From: a plasmid
Direction: 5' to 3' (one strand)
Sequence record: NZ_CP072340.1
Length of the DNA stretch: 64,000 nt
Shown: one piece after another, positions 58,206 to 64,000 of the stretch
Numbering within the stretch: position 1 is the first letter of the stretch
Layout of the letters: each line of letters starts with the position of its first letter
The notes under the pieces: generated by a model
The model's database searches: none
What the model was told of the DNA's origin: nothing
The model's input: the letters and a program-made list of their open reading frames with translations, nothing else
Made by a program: the position numbers and the translations under genes

Positions 58206-58636
58206 AAACATTGTTATTGGATACATTTCTCCTCATGGGGATTATCTGGATGCTTATCAGCATTGTCTATTTCTGTATTCGCTTGGACAGGCTTTTGTCT
58301 TCTATGGAAAAACCTGTTGTGGAAACCATGGAGGAAACAGCAGAGGTAGTATTATCAGAAGAAGATACTTCTTCCCCTTCCGTACATTCGGACTACAATA
58401 GTTTTGAAGATTATCGCAATCGTTTTCTTCATACTTCACGCTTTCCAAGGAAAACAGCCTTTACCATGAATGTCGAAACCTTGCAGGTGCTTCGCAATAT
58501 TCTACATGATTTGAATCAGCGTGTGTCTATGACTTCCTACATAGAGAATATCCTGCGTGAACATTTACGGGAACATCAGAATCTAATCAATGATGCAGCC
58601 GATAAACAGAGAAGTAAAACCACCATAACACTGTAA
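58199..58636 (+). CDS. DUF3408-like conjugative transfer protein (TraC-like), N-terminal TM
   Basis: TM segment LLMGIIWMLISIVYFCI; C-terminal ...TSYIENILREHLREHQ parallels the previous gene. Confidence 0.5.
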   Translation: MVKTLLLDTFLLMGIIWMLISIVYFCIRLDRLLSSMEKPVVETMEETAEVVLSEEDTSSPSVHSDYNSFEDYRNRFLHTSRFPRKTAFTMNVETLQVLRNILHDLNQRVSMTSYIENILREHLREHQNLINDAADKQRSKTTITL

Positions 58637-58639
58637 GTA

Positions 58640-59419
58640 ATGGAAACAATTCTATTAGATATTCTCCTTTTCTTGGGTGTGATATGGCTACTTTTAGGTA
58701 TCGCATACCTCTGGAAAATCTGCTTGCGGCCAGTCCCCAAATCTGTGGATGAAACCACAGGAAAGCCTATTGTCACAAAAGAACAGGTAGAACATGCCAG
58801 GCACGTTTTGGTGGGCAGGAGTAAACCCTTTACTTCCCCGTCTGTCCCCGAAATTCCCGCTGTTTCCTCGTCTGAAAATTCAACCGATAATCCCAGTACC
58901 TTTGCGACGCAAAATGTACGCAAGGAAGATGAAACAGAGTCAACTGTTACACCTCAATCCGCACCCGAACATACGGATGAAAAGGAAGAGGACAATGAAA
59001 TGCAGGTTGACTACACGATGGACGAGCCAGACGAAGACACTATCATCCGTGAAGAACTGCAGATTGCAGACGATTCTCTGCCCGAAGTATCACCGTCCAG
59101 CATCCTCGCAAGGGACATTATCCGTGTCAACGGTTGGCACAGGAATGACGATGCACTCGATGAGGAAAGCGAAACGGAGGTTCACGAAACGCTGCAAGCG
59201 ATACGAGGGACTGAGCTCATGGAATACATGAAAGAAGCCGCACTCGGACAGGAGCAAGACCATCAAAGGCTCCTTGCTGCCATTCGCAAAGCGGAGGAAG
59301 CGGAATTAGAGGAAAGTAATATAAGCTCTTCTTCTGACTTTGAAACGAACTTAAACGTAGAGAGCTGCAACAACGATGTTACGGAAGATGACGAACGTCC
59401 ACTTTCATACTATCTGTAA
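58640..59419 (+). CDS. TraD-like membrane protein with acidic C-terminal region
   Basis: N-terminal TM LLFLGVIWLLLGIAYLW followed by E/D-rich low complexity; fourth gene of the tra operon. Confidence 0.4.
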   Translation: METILLDILLFLGVIWLLLGIAYLWKICLRPVPKSVDETTGKPIVTKEQVEHARHVLVGRSKPFTSPSVPEIPAVSSSENSTDNPSTFATQNVRKEDETESTVTPQSAPEHTDEKEEDNEMQVDYTMDEPDEDTIIREELQIADDSLPEVSPSSILARDIIRVNGWHRNDDALDEESETEVHETLQAIRGTELMEYMKEAALGQEQDHQRLLAAIRKAEEAELEESNISSSSDFETNLNVESCNNDVTEDDERPLSYYL

Positions 59420-59573
59420 AACTATTGTTTTTGTTCATATTATAAAGTGTTCTAGGGGTGGCTCAAAAGTAAAACAATCATCCCATATCAGTCATACGAT
59501 AAAACCGAGCCACCCCTTACCACCTCTACCCAAAAGAAAACAATTCATTTAACAACTTAAAATAAAAAGAACA

Positions 59574-59876
59574 ATGAACAACAAAAAGAAAATCACAATG
59601 CTACTCCTGATGGCTATCACTGCCGTAGGAGCATACGCACAGGGCAACGGCATGGCGGGTATCAATGAAGCCACAAAGATGGTAACAAGCTATTTTGATC
59701 CCGGAACAAAGCTTATCTATGCCATCGGTGCTGTGGTAGGTCTGATAGGAGGAATAAAAGTGTACAACAAGTTCTCAAGTGGTGACCCCGATACGAGCAA
59801 GACCGCAGCCTCTTGGTTCGGTGCGTGTATCTTCCTCATCGTGGCTGCCACTATCCTGAGAAGTTTCTTCCTGTAA
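59574..59876 (+). CDS. traE: TraE-like small membrane protein (VirB2/pilin-like)
   Basis: Signal peptide plus two hydrophobic segments (IYAIGAVVGLIGGI, WFGACIFLIVAATIL); about 100 aa. Confidence 0.55.
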   Translation: MNNKKKITMLLLMAITAVGAYAQGNGMAGINEATKMVTSYFDPGTKLIYAIGAVVGLIGGIKVYNKFSSGDPDTSKTAASWFGACIFLIVAATILRSFFL

Positions 59877-59880
59877 GGCG

Positions 59881-60216
59881 ATGGCAGCATTTGAAATCAA
59901 CAAGGGTGTAGGCCGGACGGTGGAGTTCAAGGGCTTGAAGGCACAGTACCTCTTCCTCTTTGCAGGAGGGCTGCTGGCAGTCTTCATTCTCGTGGTCATT
60001 CTCTATCTCTGCGGCATCAGTCAGATAGCCTGTCTTGTCATAGGCGTAGTGGGTGCCACCATAGTGGTGTGGCAAACGTTCACCATGAACAGAAAGTACG
60101 GGCAGTACGGACTGATGAAGAAAGGAGCAGTGCGTATGCACCCACGCTACCTTGTGAACCGCCGTACGGTCTGCCACCTTATCCGTAACCTTCAACCAAA
60201 GAAAGCGAAGCAATGA
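59881..60216 (+). CDS. traF: TraF-like small membrane protein (VirB3-like)
   Basis: Two TM segments; immediately precedes and overlaps the VirB4-like gene. Confidence 0.5.
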   Translation: MAAFEINKGVGRTVEFKGLKAQYLFLFAGGLLAVFILVVILYLCGISQIACLVIGVVGATIVVWQTFTMNRKYGQYGLMKKGAVRMHPRYLVNRRTVCHLIRNLQPKKAKQ

Positions 60217-62726
60217 GAAATAAAAGCAAGATAACAACCTTGGAATCGAAGTTTCCGCTGCTCTCCGTTGAGCAGGGCTGCATGGTGAGCAAAGATGCTG
60301 ACATCACCGTGGCTTTCCGTGTGGAATTGCCCGAACTCTTCACCGTCACCTCTACAGAGTACGAAGCAATGCACTCTGCCTGGCATAAGGCAATCAAGGT
60401 GCTACCCAATTACAGCATCGTACACAAGCAGGACTGGTTCATCAAGGAGGACTATCAAGGAAAGCTCTCCGATGGCAGCCTGAGCTTCCTTGCCCGTGCA
60501 TCTGAACGGCACTTCAATGAGCGTCCGTATCTCCACCACTCAGTCTATCTCTTCCTTACCAAGACGAACAAGCAGCGTATGGCACAACAGAGCAACTTTT
60601 CTTCGCTCTGCCGTGGACATCTGCTGCCCAAGGAAATTACCAACAAAGATGAGGTGATGAAGTTTATGGAAGCCGTAGACCAGTTCGAGCGTATCATCAA
60701 CGATACCGAGCAGATAAGGATTGTCCGCATGACAGAAGAAGAGTTGGTTGGCACAAATGAAAAGGGCGGACTACTCGACAGGTATTTCTCTCTATCTGAA
60801 GAAGGGCATGCGTCTTTGGAGGATATCCGCTTGGGAGCCGACCTTGTGCGTGTGGGCGACAATATGCTTTGTCTGCATACACTCTCCGACACGGACGACC
60901 TGCCTACAACAGTCAGCACGGACAGCCGGTATGAGCGACTGTCAACAGACAGGAGCGACTGTCGTCTTTCCTTTGCCTCGCCCGTAGGACTGATGTTGCC
61001 CTGTAACCATATCTATAACCAGTATCTCTTTATAGAGGACAGCGATGCCAACCTGGAACGATTCGAGAAGCAGGCAAGGAATATGCACTCGCTGGCACGC
61101 TACAGCCGTAGCAACCAAATCAACGAGGAATGGATACAGGAGTATCTCAATATCGCCCACTCACAGGGACTGACCTCCATCCGTGCCCACTTCAACGTGC
61201 TGGCATGGAGCAGCGATAAGGAAGAACTTCGCCAGATCAAGAATGACGTGGGCTCTGCACTTGCTCTTATGGAATGCCACCCTCGCCACAACACCATTGA
61301 TGCGGCAACGCTCTACTGGGCGGGCATTCCCGGCAATGCGGCAGACTTTCCCGCGGAAGAGTCATTCTATACTTTCATCGAGCCTGCCCTCTGCTTCTTT
61401 ACGGCAGAGACGAACTATAAGGATTCGCTCTCTCCCTTCGGTATCAAGATGGCAGACCGCCTTTCCGGAAAGCCCGTCCACTTGGATATATCGGATTTGC
61501 CGATGAAAAAGGGAGTCATCACCAACCGTAACAAGTTCATCTTGGGACCTTCGGGCAGTGGCAAGTCTTTCTTCACCAACCACATGGTACGCCAGTATTA
61601 CGAGCAGGGGGCGCACGTCCTCTTGGTTGATACGGGAAACTCGTATCAGGGACTGTGCGAACTTATCCACCGCAAGACCAAGGGTGAGGACGGCGTATAT
61701 TTCACCTATACCAATGAAAGTCCGATTTCCTTCAACCCTTTCTACACGGATGATTACTTCTTCGATGTGGAAAAGAGGGAAAGTATATGCACGCTGTTGC
61801 TTACGCTCTGGAAGAGTGCAGATGAGCATATCACTAAGACAGAGGCTGGCGAACTTGGTTCTGCCGTAAACTCCTATATCGAGCTTATATGTGCAGACCA
61901 CAGCGTTACACCCTGTTTTAATACTTTCTATGAATACCTGCGAGACGTCTATCGCAAGGATATGGAGAAACGGGACATCAAGGTAACGATCTCGGACTTC
62001 AATATCAACAACCTCTTAACTACATTGAAGCAATACTATAAAGGCGGTCGATATGATTTCCTGCTGAACTCGGACAAGAACATCGACCTGCTCTCCAAAC
62101 GCTTCATCGTCTTCGAGATTGACCAAGTGAAGGACAACAAGGATCTCTTTCCTGTGGTAACGATTATCATCATGGAAGCCTTCATCAACAAGATGCGAAG
62201 ACTCAAAGGCATCAGGAAAATGATACTCATCGAGGAAGCGTGGAAAGCCATTGCTTCGGCAAACATGGCGGACTACATCAAGTATTTGTATAAGACCGTC
62301 AGAAAGTATTTCGGGGAAGCCATTGTCGTAACGCAGGAGGTAGACGATATCATTCAGTCGCCCATAGTCAAGGAAAGTATTATTAATAACTCCGACTGCA
62401 AGATACTTCTTGACCAACGCAAGTACATGACTAAGTTCGATGGCATACAGGCGATGCTCGGTCTTTCTGAAAAGGAAAAGAGCCAAATCCTCTCCATCAA
62501 CCAGAACAACGATCCGAACCGACTCTACAAGGAGGTGTGGATAGGACTGGGCGGTATGCAGAGTGCCGTCTATGCCACGGAGGTGAGCATGGAGGAATAC
62601 CTCACCTACACCACGGAGGAAACCGAGAAGGTGGAGGTGATGAACAGGGCGGCACAGCTCGGTGGTGACATTGAGACGGCGATCCGTCAGCTTGCCATAG
62701 AGAAAAGAAACAATAAAAAGAAATAA
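60213..62726 (+). CDS. traG: TraG, VirB4-family conjugative ATPase
   Basis: 837 aa; Walker A ILGPSGSGKSFFTNHMV; Walker B-like ILIEEAW; typical size and position. Confidence 0.9.
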   Translation: MRNKSKITTLESKFPLLSVEQGCMVSKDADITVAFRVELPELFTVTSTEYEAMHSAWHKAIKVLPNYSIVHKQDWFIKEDYQGKLSDGSLSFLARASERHFNERPYLHHSVYLFLTKTNKQRMAQQSNFSSLCRGHLLPKEITNKDEVMKFMEAVDQFERIINDTEQIRIVRMTEEELVGTNEKGGLLDRYFSLSEEGHASLEDIRLGADLVRVGDNMLCLHTLSDTDDLPTTVSTDSRYERLSTDRSDCRLSFASPVGLMLPCNHIYNQYLFIEDSDANLERFEKQARNMHSLARYSRSNQINEEWIQEYLNIAHSQGLTSIRAHFNVLAWSSDKEELRQIKNDVGSALALMECHPRHNTIDAATLYWAGIPGNAADFPAEESFYTFIEPALCFFTAETNYKDSLSPFGIKMADRLSGKPVHLDISDLPMKKGVITNRNKFILGPSGSGKSFFTNHMVRQYYEQGAHVLLVDTGNSYQGLCELIHRKTKGEDGVYFTYTNESPISFNPFYTDDYFFDVEKRESICTLLLTLWKSADEHITKTEAGELGSAVNSYIELICADHSVTPCFNTFYEYLRDVYRKDMEKRDIKVTISDFNINNLLTTLKQYYKGGRYDFLLNSDKNIDLLSKRFIVFEIDQVKDNKDLFPVVTIIIMEAFINKMRRLKGIRKMILIEEAWKAIASANMADYIKYLYKTVRKYFGEAIVVTQEVDDIIQSPIVKESIINNSDCKILLDQRKYMTKFDGIQAMLGLSEKEKSQILSINQNNDPNRLYKEVWIGLGGMQSAVYATEVSMEEYLTYTTEETEKVEVMNRAAQLGGDIETAIRQLAIEKRNNKKK

Positions 62727-62753
62727 GTACAAACCATCAAAACTATAGCAACA

Positions 62754-63383
62754 ATGAAAAAGTACATTTTCATGGCTCTCTTAGGATTGAGCCTTTCTGT
62801 TCCCAAAGCCCACGCACAGTGGGTAGTAACCGATCCCGGCAACTTCGCCGGCAACATCGTCAATTCGGTCAAGGAGATTGCCACCGCCACCAAGACGGTG
62901 AAGAATACCTTGGACGGTTTCAAGGAAGTGGAGAAACTCTACAACGACACCAAGAAGTATTACGATGCCCTGAAGAAGGTGAACAATCTCATCGGAGATG
63001 CCTATAAGGTCAAGGAGTGCATCCTGATGGTGGGCGACATCTCGGAGATTTACGTCACCTCGTATAAGAAAATGCTCTCGGACAAGAACTTCCGCCCTTC
63101 AGAACTCGCTGCGATGGCTTCGGGCTATGCCAAGCTCTTGGAGCAGAGTGGGGAGAGTCTCAAGGAACTCAAGTCCATCGTCAAGTCGGGTGTCCTCTCG
63201 ATGAACGACCACGAGCGTATGCAGGCCATCGACCGTATTTATACTACGCTGAGAGAAAACCGCTCGCTCGTATCGTACTACACAAGGAAAAATATTTCCG
63301 TGAGCTACGTGCGTGCAAGGGAGAAGAACAACCTTGCCTCCGTCAAGGCACTCTACGGCAATACGGCAAGCAGGTATTGGTAA
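62754..63383 (+). CDS. TraH-like secreted protein
   Basis: Signal peptide MKKYIFMALLGLSLSVPKAHA; follows traG. Confidence 0.45.
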   Translation: MKKYIFMALLGLSLSVPKAHAQWVVTDPGNFAGNIVNSVKEIATATKTVKNTLDGFKEVEKLYNDTKKYYDALKKVNNLIGDAYKVKECILMVGDISEIYVTSYKKMLSDKNFRPSELAAMASGYAKLLEQSGESLKELKSIVKSGVLSMNDHERMQAIDRIYTTLRENRSLVSYYTRKNISVSYVRAREKNNLASVKALYGNTASRYW

Positions 63384-63435
63384 ATCCACAGACTAAAAAA
63401 GAACTTGAAAGAACTTTCACAAAAAACTTTTGCTT

Positions 63436-64000
63436 ATGGATTTTGCCAGTTTACATGAGCTGCTCCGCTCCACCTATGACGAGATGATGCCGCTCTGCGC
63501 CCAGATGACGGGCATCGCCAAGGGTATTGCGGGCTTGGGTGCACTCTTTTACATTGCTCTTCGGGTATGGGCTTCCATTGCCCGTGCCGAGGCGATAGAC
63601 GTTTTTCCGCTTCTCCGACCTTTTGTCTTAGGCTTTTGTATCATGTTCTTTCCGACAGTCGTACTGGGTACGATGAATGCCGTTCTCTCGCCCGTGGTGC
63701 AGGGAACGGAGATGATGGTACACCAGCAGGAGGGGAACCTTGCCGAACTTACTGCCAAGCGGGACAAGCTGCAGGAGGAAGCCTACCTTAGAAATCCTGA
63801 GACAGCCTACCTTGTCTCCAACGAGAAGTTCGACCAGAAAATTGAGGAGATGGGTATCATCGGCCCCGAAGACGCTCTTACCATCGCCGGGATGTATGCC
63901 GAACGTGCCGCCTATCAGACCAAACAATGGGTGATGAAGATGGTGCACGACCTCATGGAGCTGCTGTTCCATGCCGCAGGGCTTATCATCGACACGCTGC
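63436..64000 (+). CDS. TraI-like membrane protein (partial; continues past the window end; not in the ORF track because no stop is reached)
   Basis: My own translation in frame 1 from the ATG at 63436: MDFASLHELLRSTYDEMMPLCAQMTGIAKGIAGLGALFYIALRVWASIARAEAIDVFPLLRPFVLGFCIMFFPTVVLG..., open to 64000. Confidence 0.45.
   Translation, partial: MDFASLHELLRSTYDEMMPLCAQMTGIAKGIAGLGALFYIALRVWASIARAEAIDVFPLLRPFVLGFCIMFFPTVVLGTMNAVLSPVVQGTEMMVHQQEGNLAELTAKRDKLQEEAYLRNPETAYLVSNEKFDQKIEEMGIIGPEDALTIAGMYAERAAYQTKQWVMKMVHDLMELLFHAAGLIIDTL

Overview
This is a 64-kb, mostly ~45% GC window with the hallmarks of a Bacteroidales CTnDOT-family conjugative transposon (CTn) backbone, invaded three times by related integrative elements. 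Bacteroides-type TAnnTTTG -7 boxes sit in front of many genes, and several cargo proteins carry T9SS C-terminal sorting domains.

Backbone genes seen:
- mobilization module mobA/mobB(relaxase)/mobC(coupling protein) on the minus strand at 52.5-56.3 kb, with an oriT-like inverted-repeat region at 56.34-56.43 kb;
- the start of the tra operon on the plus strand: a ParA-like TraA, two DUF3408 paralogs, TraD/E/F-like small membrane proteins, a VirB4-like TraG, TraH-like, and a TraI-like ORF running off the window end;
- a DNA topoisomerase III gene;
- a very large N6-methyltransferase/SNF2-helicase gene.

The topoisomerase and methylase/helicase genes are each split by an inserted element. Each element carries two tandem tyrosine recombinases, HTH_17/Xis-like genes, a mobA-like gene and an oriT close to the CTn oriT, but no relaxase or coupling protein.
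- Element A (about 12663-24111) splits the methylase/helicase gene. Its cargo is a double-glycine-leader bacteriocin locus: precursor, peptidase-C39 ABC exporter, a small membrane accessory protein and a TonB-dependent-receptor-like outer-membrane protein.
- Element B (30048-45149) splits the topoisomerase III gene exactly at the codon of the catalytic tyrosine, flanked by a 9-bp direct repeat CTATCCCCG. Its cargo is a 7-gene minus-strand cluster: TetR regulator, KAS-III-like condensing enzyme, three T9SS-sorted proteins (one with a FISUMP domain) and two paralogous S8 subtilases.
- Element C (about 1.96-11.06 kb, boundaries uncertain) lies at the left. It has the tandem integrases, an XRE HTH, two HTH_17 proteins and a primase-helicase. 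Its cargo is a tightly overlapping three-gene cassette preceded by a 55-bp perfect palindrome: a wHTH protein, a pol-beta-type (AbiEii/MenT-like) nucleotidyltransferase and a PP2C Ser/Thr phosphatase.

That cassette is the most interesting candidate for an undescribed system, possibly a phospho-regulated type-IV-TA/abortive-infection-like module. A higher-GC island at 47.7-52.1 kb carries a membrane LuxR-type regulator and an 883-aa repeat protein with a T9SS sorting domain. I saw no rRNA, tRNA or CRISPR.
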